Shown: in pieces, positions 41,051 through 52,394 of the stretch
Layout: the number at the start of each line of letters is the position of its first letter
How positions within the stretch are numbered: the first letter of the stretch is position 1
Source of the DNA: Chamaesiphon sp.
GTDB lineage: Bacteria; Cyanobacteriota; Cyanobacteriia; Cyanobacteriales; Chamaesiphonaceae
DNA length: 64,000 nt
Direction: 5' to 3'
Assembly: GCA_965246715.1 (NCBI GenBank)
Contig: CBDFFH010000027.1
Coordinates: 32,001 to 96,000, forward strand
The notes under the pieces: generated by a model
What the model saw: only the letters and a program-made list of their open reading frames with translations
What the model was told of the DNA's origin: nothing
Database searches by the model: none
Program-made: the position numbers and the translations under genes

Positions 41051-41863
41051 TTACACGAGTCGATCGCTCAAATCCATCTTTCTATCTCGATCGAAATTAC
41101 ACCGAAAAATACAGCGTTTGTGGTTGTCGTGGTGTAATTTGGCGCACTTGACAGCCCGTTTACCAAATAGATAAGTATATAAACCTGCTGCTGACAACAT
41201 CCCGCTCGGTGGGACGATCGCATACAGCCAGAATGCCGTCCAAATTTGGGCAGGTAAGGCAGAAGCAAGGCTTCGTGCTGGATTCATCCCAAAGCCCGAT
41301 AAAGGGGCTTCTAGGGTGACGTAGAGGGCGACTAGGCATCCCGAAAATAGTCCGGTGTAGCGATTTAGTTTTTGGTGATTGCTGGTGAGTAACACCATCA
41401 TCATCATGATAAAGGCGATCGCCCATTCACCCAATAACGCACCACTCCAACCCAGGGCACCAGGTACCGTGACGATATAATCGATCGGTGGTTGGGTAAA
41501 TGCTTGCCCAAACACGATCGCAACTAGACAAACACCCACCCAGCCGCCTAAACATTGAAACAAGATATAAAATAACGCATCCTGGGTTTTAACTTTGCCC
41601 AGACGGTAGAAAGTCAGCGTCACGGCTGGGTTCATGTGGGCACCAGATTGTTTTCCCCAAGGCGAATAAATTAGAGCGATCGCGGTTGACCCCATCGCGA
41701 TGCCGATTAAAAATCTCCGCAGATCGCCGTTGGGAATATTGTGATGAATGAGCGAGTCGGGATACTCAAACACGAGCGTCATTACCCCCGCCACAATCAT
41801 GAATAGCCCCAGCATGGCTGCTTCCATCAGGTATTCTGGCAAGTGGTTTCTAAAGTTTTCCAT
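41051..41863 (-). CDS. MIP/aquaporin family channel with Cys/His-rich tail
   Basis: [26 protein letters not shown]; start overlaps the glycosidase stop. Confidence 0.9.
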   Translation of the reverse strand: MENFRNHLPEYLMEAAMLGLFMIVAGVMTLVFEYPDSLIHHNIPNGDLRRFLIGIAMGSTAIALIYSPWGKQSGAHMNPAVTLTFYRLGKVKTQDALFYILFQCLGGWVGVCLVAIVFGQAFTQPPIDYIVTVPGALGWSGALLGEWAIAFIMMMMVLLTSNHQKLNRYTGLFSGCLVALYVTLEAPLSGFGMNPARSLASALPAQIWTAFWLYAIVPPSGMLSAAGLYTYLFGKRAVKCAKLHHDNHKRCIFRCNFDRDRKMDLSDRLV

Positions 41864-44528
41864 CCCCTTCCGCCTCGGTGCGATGTCTGGCATTTTGGAA
41901 AATCAGGGTGGCGACTAAGCCCGTCCAACCTGTTTGGTGGCTGGCTCCAAGTCCGGCACCATTATCGCCATGAAAATATTCGTGAAACAAAATATAATCG
42001 CGCCAATGCGGATCGGTTTGGAATTTGGTAATCCCACCATAGACTGGACGGCGACCGGATTTATCTGGTTGAAATAGGGCGACTAACCGTTCGGATAGGG
42101 CGATCGCGACTTCTTTGAGCGTCATCTCAATTCCCGATCCGGTCGGACATTCGACCTTGAAATCGTCCCCGAAGTAGGTATGAAATTGCCACAGGGATTC
42201 AATAATCAGGTAGTTGACAGGGAACCAGATGGGACCGCGCCAGTTGGAATTACCGCCAAATAAATCCGTTGTGGATTCGGCTGGCTCGTAATGAATGTAA
42301 TAATCGTGACCGTCTAATTTGAGGCAGTAGGGATGGTCTTGATGGTACTTGGAGACGGCGCGAATCCCAAAGGGGCTAAAGAATTCATTTTCGTCCAGCA
42401 GGCGTTGGAGAATCCGCTGAAGCTTGCTGCGATAAGCGATCGCCAGCAATCGCCGCGCTCCCGTTCCTGGCGTTTCCATACAGGCGACATTATCTTTGAG
42501 ATCGTGGCGATTGCGAATGAACCAGTCCATCCGCCGCTTGAAGCCAGGGAATTTTTCTAGGGTTTCTAGTTCCAATACAGCGACAGCATACAGGGGAATC
42601 AATCCCACCATCGATCGCACTTTCAGCGGCAACTGTCGTCCATCGGGCAGGTTCAGTGCATCGTAGTAGAAGCCATCTTCCTCATCCCACAGGGCAATCT
42701 CGTCTTCGCCGATGCCATCGATCGCATCGGCAATATACAGGAAATGCTCGAAGAATTTACTGGCAATATCTTCATAAGCGTCATCCGCTTTCGCCAGCTC
42801 TAGGGCGATCCTGAGCATATTCAGGCAATACATCCCCATCCAACTAGTACCGTCTGCTTGATTGAGATAACCGCCAGTCGGCAACTCGGCACTGCGATCG
42901 AAGATCCCGATATTATCCAGCCCTAGAAATCCGCCCTGGAACACATTCTTACCGGAAATATCTTTGCGATTTACCCACCAGGTAAAGTTGAGCATCAACT
43001 TGTGAAACACCCGCTGGAGAAAGGCGCGATCGCCCTGTCCGCAAGACTTTTGCTCGATGAGATAGACCTGCAATGCCGCCCACGCTTGAACGGGGGGATT
43101 GACATCGCTAAATTTCCACTCGTAGGCTGGTAATTGACCGTTGGGGTGCATATACCATTCTCGCGTGAGCCGATCGAGTTGCAGCTTGGCAAAGTCAGGA
43201 TCGATCTGGGCTAAGGGAATCAGGTGGAAGCCCAGATCCCATGCCGCAAACCAGGGATACTCCCACTTATCGGGCATGGAAATAATATCTTCACTAAATA
43301 GATACGTCCATTCGTGATTCCGTCCGGTTTTCCGTTCCGCAGGTGGCGAAGGCTGGCCCGGATCGCCTTTAAGCCAGTCATGGACGCTGTACTGGTAATA
43401 TTGTTTGCTCCACAGCAATCCGGCAAAAGCTTGTCTTTGGATCTGGCGATCGTCCTCCGACATGGGGAATGGGCAAGCTGCTTGATAGAATTCGTCGGCT
43501 TCTTGTTTGCGGATTTGGAAAATACGATCGAATTCATCGCCAAACGGTTCTAAAATCTGAGATCGATCGCTCAATCGCAGTCGCACGGTTTTGGTCTCTC
43601 CAGGCGCAAATGAAAGCGAGTAATTGGCAGCAAATTTGGTACCGATGCGATCGGGATTTATCGCCTGTTTTTGTCCATTTACCACATAATTATTAATACC
43701 ATCTTTGAGATAGGGAGAACGATTTTCCGTCCCAAATAATCGATCGTAATTGGTTTCGTTATCGGTAAATAGCAATTCGGCTGCACCTTCACAATCTAGC
43801 CAGCGCGTTCCTAGTGAGGGATGATGCGTCTCAATCCGGCTGAGGATAGAATCTGAATTTACCACTTTCATCGTGGGTCGTTCCATTTCTGGGTTCCAAT
43901 CCCAGAGATTCCGAAACCAGAGGGTTGGGAGTAGCTGTAAAGTGCTAGCTTCATTACTCCGGTTGACGATCGTAATTTGAATCAGAATATCTTCTGGTGC
44001 CGCTTTAGCATATTCCACGAAGACATCAAAGTAGCGATCGTCGTTAAATATACCTGTATTCAGTAACTCAAACTCCGGCTCCAATCTACTGCGGCGGCGA
44101 TTTTCTTCAATTAACTGAGTATAGGGAAATGCCCGTTGAGGATACTTATACAGACACTTCATATAAGAATGCGTCGGCGTATTATCCAAATAAAAATAGT
44201 ACTCCTTGACATCCTCACCATGATTGCCTTCATTCCCCGTCAATCCAAACAGTCGCTCCTTCAAAATCGGATCGTTGCCATTCCACAATGCAATCGCAAA
44301 ACACAACCGTTGCCTGGTATCGGAAATTCCGGCAATCCCATCTTCACCCCAACGGTAGACCCGCGATCGCGCGTGGTCGTGGGGAAAGTAGTCCCAAGCC
44401 GACCCATCGCGGCTATAATCTTCGCGGACGGTGCCCCACTGGCGATCGCTCAGATATGACCCCCAACGTTTCCAATAAGCGACCCGCTCTCGATCTTGTG
44501 CTAGTCTCTGTTGCTCTTGAGTCATCAA
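41850..44528 (-). CDS. MGH1-like (GH63-related) glycoside hydrolase
   Basis: [32 protein letters not shown]. Confidence 0.9.
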   Translation of the reverse strand: MMTQEQQRLAQDRERVAYWKRWGSYLSDRQWGTVREDYSRDGSAWDYFPHDHARSRVYRWGEDGIAGISDTRQRLCFAIALWNGNDPILKERLFGLTGNEGNHGEDVKEYYFYLDNTPTHSYMKCLYKYPQRAFPYTQLIEENRRRSRLEPEFELLNTGIFNDDRYFDVFVEYAKAAPEDILIQITIVNRSNEASTLQLLPTLWFRNLWDWNPEMERPTMKVVNSDSILSRIETHHPSLGTRWLDCEGAAELLFTDNETNYDRLFGTENRSPYLKDGINNYVVNGQKQAINPDRIGTKFAANYSLSFAPGETKTVRLRLSDRSQILEPFGDEFDRIFQIRKQEADEFYQAACPFPMSEDDRQIQRQAFAGLLWSKQYYQYSVHDWLKGDPGQPSPPAERKTGRNHEWTYLFSEDIISMPDKWEYPWFAAWDLGFHLIPLAQIDPDFAKLQLDRLTREWYMHPNGQLPAYEWKFSDVNPPVQAWAALQVYLIEQKSCGQGDRAFLQRVFHKLMLNFTWWVNRKDISGKNVFQGGFLGLDNIGIFDRSAELPTGGYLNQADGTSWMGMYCLNMLRIALELAKADDAYEDIASKFFEHFLYIADAIDGIGEDEIALWDEEDGFYYDALNLPDGRQLPLKVRSMVGLIPLYAVAVLELETLEKFPGFKRRMDWFIRNRHDLKDNVACMETPGTGARRLLAIAYRSKLQRILQRLLDENEFFSPFGIRAVSKYHQDHPYCLKLDGHDYYIHYEPAESTTDLFGGNSNWRGPIWFPVNYLIIESLWQFHTYFGDDFKVECPTGSGIEMTLKEVAIALSERLVALFQPDKSGRRPVYGGITKFQTDPHWRDYILFHEYFHGDNGAGLGASHQTGWTGLVATLIFQNARHRTEAEGDGKL

Positions 44529-44634
44529 ATTTTCTCCAGTACGGCTAACATCGATCGAGTCACGTAGCGATTGTCTTAAAAGTCAAGAAAAAACCGAGAT
44601 AATTAGATAATCAATGTAGCCTGAATCATTCACT

Positions 44635-44666
44635 GGTCAAAATGACAGGTTTAACCATGTTGGAGA
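44635..44666 (-). repeat. 32-bp exact copy of the REC-TrxB start region
   Basis: Identical to 32854-32885 (MVKPVILT). Confidence 0.85.
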
Positions 44667-44864
44667 ATGTACGTCAATGGATCGCTATAGAGTAGTTTAA
44701 CGCAAAAGAAATTTATCCCAAAACTACGTTTAGGTTTTCTCGATCTAATCACGACCAAACAGCATTAGTTCGCTCTCAATCGTGCTGATTGAGTTGACTT
44801 AAACGTAGATGGCGACCAGTGAGCAGCCTACTGACTGCTTTAAGCAGAAAATTCAATTTCAGGC

Positions 44865-44908
44865 TTGACAAACCTAATTAAGTTAACCTAAGCTAATTGA
44901 GTTAGCTT
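44865..44908 (+). promoter_or_regulatory. Sigma70-type promoter overlapping operator-like palindromes
   Basis: TTGACA-18-TAAGCT; AGCTAA-TTGAG-TTAGCT palindrome. Confidence 0.5.
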
Positions 44909-44934
44909 CTTAGTTGTCAATCAATATTTAGCTT

Positions 44935-45531
44935 ATGTCACGTCCTAGAGGACAAACACTCTCGCGAAAAGATGTGGTTAATGCTGCCATCCACTGTTTG
45001 CAACAAGATGGTGAGTCTGGTTTAGGTGTAAATCGAGTTGCTCATGAATTGGGAATTCGCCCTCCTTCGATGTACAAGCACATTGATGGTAATGAAGCAT
45101 TACGTCGTGCAGTAGCAATTGAAGGAATGCGTCGGTTGACCGATTATCTGAGTCATCAGGTGCAAGGTATCCAAGATCATCGGTCTCTCATTCGAGCGAT
45201 CGCTATCGGAATTCGCCAGTTTTTTCATCAGCATCCTGCTTTACATAGCGTGATTACCACAACCCCAGTTGATGACGATCCCGAATATGAATCAGCTAAA
45301 CAAGCTTTTCTCGCCTTCAATGGTGAATATTTACAACCTTTTGGAATACAAGGGGATGAAATCATTCACGCAATGCGATTGTTAGTTTCTACCTGTCATG
45401 GTTTTGTATTGTTGGAACGCTCAAGGCGATTTACTGCACCTCAATCCTTAGATGATAGTTATGAATGGTCGATCGACAGCTTAATTTTTGCGCTCGAACA
45501 TAGACAGCACGACGGATATGTAGAGCAATAA
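44935..45531 (+). CDS. TetR family regulator (WHG-type C-terminus)
   Basis: VAHELGIRPPSMYKH, CHGFVLLE. Confidence 0.9.
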   Translation: MSRPRGQTLSRKDVVNAAIHCLQQDGESGLGVNRVAHELGIRPPSMYKHIDGNEALRRAVAIEGMRRLTDYLSHQVQGIQDHRSLIRAIAIGIRQFFHQHPALHSVITTTPVDDDPEYESAKQAFLAFNGEYLQPFGIQGDEIIHAMRLLVSTCHGFVLLERSRRFTAPQSLDDSYEWSIDSLIFALEHRQHDGYVEQ

Positions 45532-45576
45532 CTGCCTCGCTTTATCAAAGATTGATGTTACTTTAGGAGTTCAAAC

Positions 45577-45996
45577 ATGGAAACACCTGCACGTTATCTT
45601 TTGTTTCACGCCTCAATTGTTCTCCTCATTGGATTACTGTGCGGCGTACCATACGGTCAGGCGATCGTGAATAAAAAGAGTGATGAAGTAATCAGGGCAT
45701 GGAAACTAGCGCATGGCGCATTATCGCTTGGCGCGACTACGATGATTGGAATGGCAGCGATTCTTTCATCTCTGCAAGTTGATACAGGCATTCAGTGGGC
45801 AATTGCAATCACATTTATTATTTCAGGTTATGGTTTCTGTATAGCCTTAACGATTGAGCCGTTTGTAGGGGATAGAGGTTTATCTTGGTCTGGGATATGG
45901 TCTAATAAAGTTGTCTTTATCGGCAATATTATTGGTGCTTTGAGTTCTTTGATTGGGACGTTGATAATAGTTTATGCCTCCTATGTATCTTTATAG
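45577..45996 (+). CDS. Small membrane protein, styrene-oxide isomerase (StyC)-like
   Basis: Four hydrophobic helices, WKLAH motif. Confidence 0.5.
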   Translation: METPARYLLFHASIVLLIGLLCGVPYGQAIVNKKSDEVIRAWKLAHGALSLGATTMIGMAAILSSLQVDTGIQWAIAITFIISGYGFCIALTIEPFVGDRGLSWSGIWSNKVVFIGNIIGALSSLIGTLIIVYASYVSL

Positions 45997-46011
45997 CAAG
46001 AAGTCCCAGTA

Positions 46012-46110
46012 GTGGCGTGACCGGACTAAAACTGTGAGCATTTAGATCCCTGAAAATACAATTATTATATTTCACGCGATCGTTATTACACACATTTTTA
46101 GTCCGGTCAT
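46012..46110. mobile_element. Second copy of the 1979-2083 MITE, opposite orientation
   Basis: TGACCGGACTAAAA IR; interior matches the reverse complement of 2006-2056. Confidence 0.75.
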
Positions 46111-46121
46111 ATTAGTGGCCA

Positions 46122-46161
46122 GTAGGGTGGGCAATGTCCACCAACTAGGTTTCAGGCATTC
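46122..46161 (+). repeat. GTAG-type REP-like repeat
   Basis: GTAGGGTGGGCAATGTCCACCAACTAGGTTTCAGGCATTC. Confidence 0.7.
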
Positions 46162-46203
46162 TTGCCTGTTCTATATATATTTTCACCGACCCACTTATCG
46201 CGG

Positions 46204-46971
46204 CTATTGCTCTTGGTAATTCCACAGCAATCCACCATCGACAACGAAGGTGGTACCAGTCACATAATCTGACTCCGAGCTAGCCAAAAATGCCACCATT
46301 GCCGCCACATCTTCCGGTTTTCCCAATCGCTTGAGCGGAATATTTTGGAGCAGGGCATTGAGTTTTTCGGGATCGTTTAATAACTTGGTATTGATTGGAG
46401 TTTCGATCGCGCCTGGAGCCACATTATTAATCGTAATTCCCAAAGGAGCAAGCTCGATCGCCAGATTGCGAGTCAGCATTTTCAAGCCACCCTTACTAGC
46501 GCAGTAAGCGGCAAAGTGCGGGAAAGGTAGCTCTTCATGTACCGAACTAATATTGATGACTTTGCCAGGTTGCTTGAGTGCCATCCGATGCTGGACGAAA
46601 GCTTGGATGGCAAAAAAGATCCCCTTGAGATTGACATTCATCACCGCATCATAATCGGCTTCAGTAACATCCCAGAAATCGGCATTCTTCTCAATCCCCG
46701 CATTATTGACCAAAATATCGAGCTGACCGAAATGAGCGATACTTTCTGATACCATCCGCTGGACATCGGCGATCTTACCCGTATCCGCTTGGACGATAAA
46801 ACCACCGCTGCCAGCCGCTTGCACCTTGGCGAGAGTCTCCGCTGCGCCTTCTGGGTGAGAACGATAGTCGATCGCAATTCTAGCTCCAGCTTCGGCTAGC
46901 CGAATGGCGATCGCTTGTCCGATCCCCTGACTGCTCCCCGTAACTAAGGCGACTTTTCCTGCCAGTTTCAT
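46204..46971 (-). CDS. gdh: Glucose 1-dehydrogenase-like SDR
   Basis: SSVHE..P.PHF..YCASKGG, PGAIETPIN. Confidence 0.75.
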   Translation of the reverse strand: MKLAGKVALVTGSSQGIGQAIAIRLAEAGARIAIDYRSHPEGAAETLAKVQAAGSGGFIVQADTGKIADVQRMVSESIAHFGQLDILVNNAGIEKNADFWDVTEADYDAVMNVNLKGIFFAIQAFVQHRMALKQPGKVINISSVHEELPFPHFAAYCASKGGLKMLTRNLAIELAPLGITINNVAPGAIETPINTKLLNDPEKLNALLQNIPLKRLGKPEDVAAMVAFLASSESDYVTGTTFVVDGGLLWNYQEQ

Positions 46972-47203
46972 ATTGTTATTTCTCAAGAATAGATAGAATT
47001 TGACTTAGATAAAATAGCAAAAATTTTGCTGACAATCGCCGAAGGTTCCACACCAAAAATCGACGTTGGCATCGCACCTACCTTCGTAGAAGTCTCTTTG
47101 AGAGAAAATCGCGGCATCTCCCGATCGACGAAATAATAGGTAAATCCGAGTTTGAGCTGCCTTACCCGATCGATTAACGTTGAAACGGTCGAGATTGTCT
47201 CGC

Positions 47204-47959
47204 TCACATCTTTGCCCCTCCGTTAGCACAAATCTCTTGACCTGTTAACCACCGCGCCTCTTCACTCACCAAGAATGCCACCACATCCGCAATATCTTGG
47301 GGCGTTCCCACCCGATTGAAGGGCGAACTGGCGGCGGCTTGCTGCTGCACTTCCGGCGGCATGTTGCCAAACATGCCAGGAACTGTCGGCCCAGGCATGA
47401 GAGTATTGACCGTGATATTGCGATCGCCCACTTCTGTTGCCAGTACTTGAGTAAAGAGCTTAATTGCTGCCTTACTTGCTGCATAAATTGCCATCCCAGC
47501 TTCGGGATGAAGGGTGGTGGAGGAAGAAATGTTGACGATTCTGCCACCATTACTCATGTGTCGTGCGGCTTCCTGTAGGGCAAACAACACGCCACGCACA
47601 TTCAGGTTAAACACCTTGTCATAGTCCTCCTCGGTCACGTCCGCGATCGCACCCACCACGCCTATACCTGCATTGTTGACTAAAATATCGAGTTGCCCGA
47701 AGTGCTGCATCGTCTCGGCAAACAAACGGCGAACATCCTCCACTTTGCTCAAGCTTGCCTGGATTGCCACGCTCTTGCCGCCTGTTGATTCGATCGCCTT
47801 CACGACTTCATTCGCTTCTTGTTCGCTGCCTGAGTAATTAACAACCACCGTTGCGCCATCGCGTCCCAGTCGTTCGGCAATGCCACGTCCGATGCCGCGC
47901 GATGAACCTGTGACAATAGCTACTTTTCCTGTCAAATCTGCCAATGCTCTGACCTCCAA
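47204..47959 (-). CDS. SDR oxidoreductase
   Basis: TGSSRGIG, NNAG, YAASK. Confidence 0.9.
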   Translation of the reverse strand: MEVRALADLTGKVAIVTGSSRGIGRGIAERLGRDGATVVVNYSGSEQEANEVVKAIESTGGKSVAIQASLSKVEDVRRLFAETMQHFGQLDILVNNAGIGVVGAIADVTEEDYDKVFNLNVRGVLFALQEAARHMSNGGRIVNISSSTTLHPEAGMAIYAASKAAIKLFTQVLATEVGDRNITVNTLMPGPTVPGMFGNMPPEVQQQAAASSPFNRVGTPQDIADVVAFLVSEEARWLTGQEICANGGAKM

Positions 47960-47992
47960 TAGGGTTTTTTATTTTTCAATAGGTTCGATAAG

Positions 47993-48346
47993 TCAGGCAA
48001 AAAGAGTAGAGATATCCATAAACAGTCGAACAGAGGTAACTAATCCTTCATCATTTTTCTCTGTAATCGCCACAGCCGGAATTGTTATAGATTGATTGTC
48101 TTTGCGTTTAAAGGTGTTGAATGCTTCTAAGACAAAATTCCGATCGTCACCATAGATATTTTGCAAATTGTGTTCGTCGCTATCGATCGTTGCCCAGAAG
48201 GCTGCTAAGCTTTCTACAATCTTCTGCTTACCTTTGACAAGTGGATTGTTGCAAAACTGCATTTCACAATCTTCTGCCAAGAAGGTGGCATAGGTATCGA
48301 TGTCGAGTTTATCCATTGCATTTAAATAAGTAAGATACCACTCATA
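47993..48346 (-). pseudogene. 5'-truncated duplicate of the SnoaL gene at 14389
   Basis: YEWYLTYLNAMD...FMDISTLF nearly identical; first 14 codons absent. Confidence 0.85.
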
Positions 48347-48855
48347 TGCACTAGGACAAGCTGAACTGCAAACATCCCCACGCCACCTGCTGCTCCATGA
48401 ATCAACACGGTTTGTCCGGCAGACAAGCGACCTCGATCGAACAATGCTTGCCACGCTGTTAATGCTACGGCTGGAATGGAGGCGGCTTCGAGATAATCGA
48501 GCGATTCGGGCTTGGGCGCGATCGCATCGACTTTGGCGATCGCATATTCAGCAAACGAACCAGAACGGCTGCGTTCCATCATGCCGTACACGGCTTGCCC
48601 CACTTCAAAGGCAGTGACACCCTCGCCGAGTGCCGCCACAACTCCAGCGGCATCCGAACCAAGTACGATCGGTAATTCAAATTTAAAAACTTGTTCCAAT
48701 TCCCCGTCGCGAATTTTCCAATCGATGCCGTTAATGCCAGCGGCGTAAACTTCTACTAAGACCTCACCCGCTTGCGGTTCTGGACGTGGTGTGTCCTCAT
48801 AAACTAGTGCTGCTGGTCCGTAGGCATGTATTCGCATTGCTTTCATCATTGCCAT
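48347..48855 (-). pseudogene. 3'-truncated MDR/quinone oxidoreductase
   Basis: MKAMRIH..GAAGGVG..VQL, then breaks into the SnoaL copy. Confidence 0.8.
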
Positions 48856-49000
48856 CGATTGACTCCTGTATTTGAGATAATGGGCGAACGTCACCAGACG
48901 TTAAATGTTTCCTCGTCAACAGACCAAATTAAAGCGAAGGCGCAGGTAAGCGGCAACTTCAGCGGTCGCACATTTTGCCACTTCTGTTGAAGTTGCGGTT

Positions 49001-49912
49001 TTAAGACTCTCCCTTGCTCAAGAATTGCGCGATCGTCAGAGGTTTGATGTGAGGATAGCGATCGTTTTGCAAATGGTCGAGTTTGCCTTTACCCGATACC
49101 ATCGTGTATTCGTACTGCTGTGGAACATACTCTACAGGCGAACTGGCTGAAGGTTTTTTGGCAGCAATCCAGGCTTGCAATTCTGCTACACTACCCAAGG
49201 GTTTTTCCTTTAAGATGTTGCCTGTCGCCTGTTCGTAGGCAGCTTTCAACTGCTTGGTAGTCAGGACATCACCCGCCACTTCCAGTGCCGTATTGGCCAA
49301 GTCTGGATCGCTAACAGCTTCAGCGACATACTTGGCAGTGTCGTCGGTAGTCGTGAAATCGAGCGGCGTATCGCCATCGCCCCAGTACTGAAATGTCTGA
49401 TGTTCTAGGTCGAACTGCGGCATATAGGGAGTACCGACGTTATCCATAAACGCGCCATTGAGTACCAATGTATACTCCAAACCGCTGTGCTGGAGATACT
49501 CAAATACTTCCTTGCGTTTATCTAAATTGTCATTATCGCCATAGTCCAACTTGCGGTAGTCCACTGAATAATCGGAAGGAATGAAGCGTTTAACACCCTG
49601 CTGTTTAGCCGCGTCAATTAGGTTTTTTTGCCCTGGCGTAGTCACTTCATTATTGCCGACCGCAGACACGACCACATCTACTCCCGTACACAGTTGCAGC
49701 AAGGTTTCTGGCTCCATCAAGTTGCCTTCGACGATCGTCGCACCTTGGGCTTTCATTGCGTCGATTTTTTGGTGATTTTCTGCATTACTATCGATACTCG
49801 TTCGCACCATTGCCCGAACATTAATGTTGCCTTTGTCGAGCAGAGCCGCAACAATTTTTCCACCCAGCATTCCTGTGGCACCAGCAACTAGAACAGTCGA
49901 TTTTGTACTCAT
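49001..49912 (-). CDS. NmrA/isoflavone reductase-like oxidoreductase
   Basis: GATGMLG, VKRFIPSDY. Confidence 0.85.
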   Translation of the reverse strand: MSTKSTVLVAGATGMLGGKIVAALLDKGNINVRAMVRTSIDSNAENHQKIDAMKAQGATIVEGNLMEPETLLQLCTGVDVVVSAVGNNEVTTPGQKNLIDAAKQQGVKRFIPSDYSVDYRKLDYGDNDNLDKRKEVFEYLQHSGLEYTLVLNGAFMDNVGTPYMPQFDLEHQTFQYWGDGDTPLDFTTTDDTAKYVAEAVSDPDLANTALEVAGDVLTTKQLKAAYEQATGNILKEKPLGSVAELQAWIAAKKPSASSPVEYVPQQYEYTMVSGKGKLDHLQNDRYPHIKPLTIAQFLSKGES

Positions 49913-50060
49913 GATTTTCCTGTTATTGTTTAATGAATTTGCGTATAACGGCGATTGAGTGATTGCGATCGCTCTGTGTCAAACAGTCAGATTTTCCCTG
50001 TGTGTTACTAAAGCTTGAGTATAGACAACTAAAACTTTTGTCATTCTTTTTCCTATATAT

Positions 50061-51002
50061 TTATGAGCCGAGCGATCGCTCTAGTAACCCTCGATCCCAA
50101 TGGGCTAAATTTGCTGCCGCCTCATAGGTGCTTTGCAGAAACGTCAGCAGCATTGCTTCTGGATCGGCTGCTTGCCGTACTGTCTCATAGGGCAAGATAA
50201 ACTCTCGCATCTGGGAGTTGTAAAACGCCTCCTTGGGCTGAATTGGATAGGTTTGAAAGGCGGACGGTTCGGGATAAGCGTAGGCGTAAAAAACAGCCTC
50301 TGTCACTGCTTTATCTCCTGCCCAGAATCCGCAGCTACTCACCTCATGGGAGTATGCTTCCCGCGTTACCCAATCCGCCATTCCCGGCACTCCACCAGGA
50401 TGCTGGGGAGCTGGTCGTCCAGAGAAGCGAGTGAGGGCGAGATCGAAACTACCCCAGAAAAAATGGACTGGACTAGATTTGCCAATGAAGTTCGATCGAA
50501 AAGTTCTCAGGATGCGATCGGTTGGCACCAGAATTTGCCAAAATCGCTGGGCTGATTCTGGATCGTAAGTAGTATGTTCGTTATCTCGATCGAAGGGAAT
50601 GGGATCGGCGATCTCTTGAGGCATCGTCCAAATCCGCACTTCAATATCGATCTGGTTCAATGCTGCCATCACCGTCTGGTAGAAATCTGCTACCGATCGC
50701 GGCATCAGGGCAACGGTTTGGGTTGCGCCATCGCTCGATTCAATGTGCAACTGACGATCGATAAAGTCAAACCGGATCTCTACAGCACGGGTTTTGTAGG
50801 GAATTGTCCCAGTTGTCAACCCGCGTGGGGTCACGTAGAGGGTTGAATGCCACCAGTGATTGACTGGGGGAGACAGTGCCAGTCGAATTTTGCCCACGAT
50901 CTGCGTCCATAAGTGGAGTGTTGTGTAGGTCTCTTGCCAGTCTGCCAGCGGCAAACTAGGGAACAAGAGTTCAGCAGGCGAATCGGAAGTGGAAATAACC
51001 AT
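50061..51002 (-). CDS. DUF5996-like conserved protein
   Basis: HLWTQIVGK, HFFWGSFDLA, EAYSHE. Confidence 0.7.
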   Translation of the reverse strand: MVISTSDSPAELLFPSLPLADWQETYTTLHLWTQIVGKIRLALSPPVNHWWHSTLYVTPRGLTTGTIPYKTRAVEIRFDFIDRQLHIESSDGATQTVALMPRSVADFYQTVMAALNQIDIEVRIWTMPQEIADPIPFDRDNEHTTYDPESAQRFWQILVPTDRILRTFRSNFIGKSSPVHFFWGSFDLALTRFSGRPAPQHPGGVPGMADWVTREAYSHEVSSCGFWAGDKAVTEAVFYAYAYPEPSAFQTYPIQPKEAFYNSQMREFILPYETVRQAADPEAMLLTFLQSTYEAAANLAHWDRGLLERSLGS

Positions 51003-51014
51003 ATAGCAACTTCT

Positions 51015-51728
51015 TTAGGCGAGGTCGAATAACAAAATTTCAGCGTTGGATTCAGTGGTCAGTTCCAGCAATTCTGGACTGTTAATTTGCACCCCATCGC
51101 CTTCTCGCAATGATTCGCCATTTAGTGTCACTATGCCCCTTGCCACTTGAAGCCAAGCGAAACGATTGGGGGGTGTTTGAAATTCGATCCGCTCGCCCGT
51201 TGATAGCACTGAGACATAAAGATTGATGTCTTGATGAATCACGACCGAACTTTCTCGCCCATCTTTGGCAGCAACCAGTCGCAGTTTGCCTTGCTTCTCT
51301 GTCAAGGGGAAATCGCGTTGGTCGTAGCGAGGGGTGATATTTTGGCGATCTGGCAGCATCCAAATTTGAAGAAAATGCACGGGTTCGCGATCGGAATTAT
51401 TAAATTCGCTGTGCTGAATGCCCGTGCCTGCGCTCATGATTTGCACATCGCCTGGGCGAATCACCGAGCCAGTGCCCAAGCTATCTTTATGTGCCAATTC
51501 TCCTTCTAACACATAGGTGAGAATTTCCATGTCACGGTGTCCGTGAGTGCCAAACCCAGCACCTGGAATAACCCTGTCGTCGTTGATTACCCGCAGCGAT
51601 CGAAATCCCATGCGATTGGGATCTTGAAAGTTGCCAAAAGAAAACGTATGGTGGCTGTCTAGCCAACCAATTTTGCTATGCCCTCGGAGATTGCGGTCGT
51701 GAATTGTGTGTACGGTATTGCTAATCAT
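51015..51728 (-). CDS. Pirin family protein
   Basis: HGHRDME, HSE, LQIW. Confidence 0.92.
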   Translation of the reverse strand: MISNTVHTIHDRNLRGHSKIGWLDSHHTFSFGNFQDPNRMGFRSLRVINDDRVIPGAGFGTHGHRDMEILTYVLEGELAHKDSLGTGSVIRPGDVQIMSAGTGIQHSEFNNSDREPVHFLQIWMLPDRQNITPRYDQRDFPLTEKQGKLRLVAAKDGRESSVVIHQDINLYVSVLSTGERIEFQTPPNRFAWLQVARGIVTLNGESLREGDGVQINSPELLELTTESNAEILLFDLA

Positions 51729-51776
51729 CTCATCGCCTTGTATTAGTGGACTTGCTTGGATTAAGGTGTAAACGGT

Positions 51777-52394
51777 TTAACTAATCTGCTGCTGCTCCAT
51801 CGCCCGTTTTACCCCCTCGTCTTCGCGCCAATGATGATAAAAGCGGTCGAGATTGGGATAATCTGCCAAGCCATTCGGTAACAAATTGCCCCAACGAATC
51901 ATCGCAAACGCATAGGCATCTGCGATTGTGCGGCGATTTTCCACCACATAATCTTTACCCTCTAAATGTCGATCCAAATGCTGGTACACGCGATCGATGA
52001 GTTTATAGGAGGCTTCCTTGATGGATTGCTGGGTTCGATCGCTGGTGTCGGTTGAGTACCGAGCTGGCACAAAAAATGGAAAAAAGGCAGGATGTACATC
52101 ACCAGTCAGAAAGGCGAGCCAGCGGTCGAGGTCATACCCATCTTGCAACGTGCCATCATCGCCCAGCTTTGCCGCTGGATATTTCCGCGCTAAATATTTG
52201 AGCACAGCATCCGCTTGATTCATCACGCCACTCTTGCCGTCAATGATGGCAGGAACTTGTCCCAACGGGTTGAGTTCGAGATACTCTGGATCGCTCGGCT
52301 GCACTTTTTGGAGATCGTAGGTTTCGCCAATCCACTCCAAAACGATATGAGGGGCCAGAGCGCAGGTTCCAGGAGCGTAGAATAGTTTAATCAT
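51777..52394 (-). CDS. Glutathione S-transferase (beta-class-like)
   Basis: PGTCAL, NPLGQVP, TIADAY. Confidence 0.9.
   Translation of the reverse strand: MIKLFYAPGTCALAPHIVLEWIGETYDLQKVQPSDPEYLELNPLGQVPAIIDGKSGVMNQADAVLKYLARKYPAAKLGDDGTLQDGYDLDRWLAFLTGDVHPAFFPFFVPARYSTDTSDRTQQSIKEASYKLIDRVYQHLDRHLEGKDYVVENRRTIADAYAFAMIRWGNLLPNGLADYPNLDRFYHHWREDEGVKRAMEQQQIS

Noticed and set aside
46983..47229. Two overlapping 74-aa ORFs
   Set aside because: No motif; likely spurious or decayed sequence.
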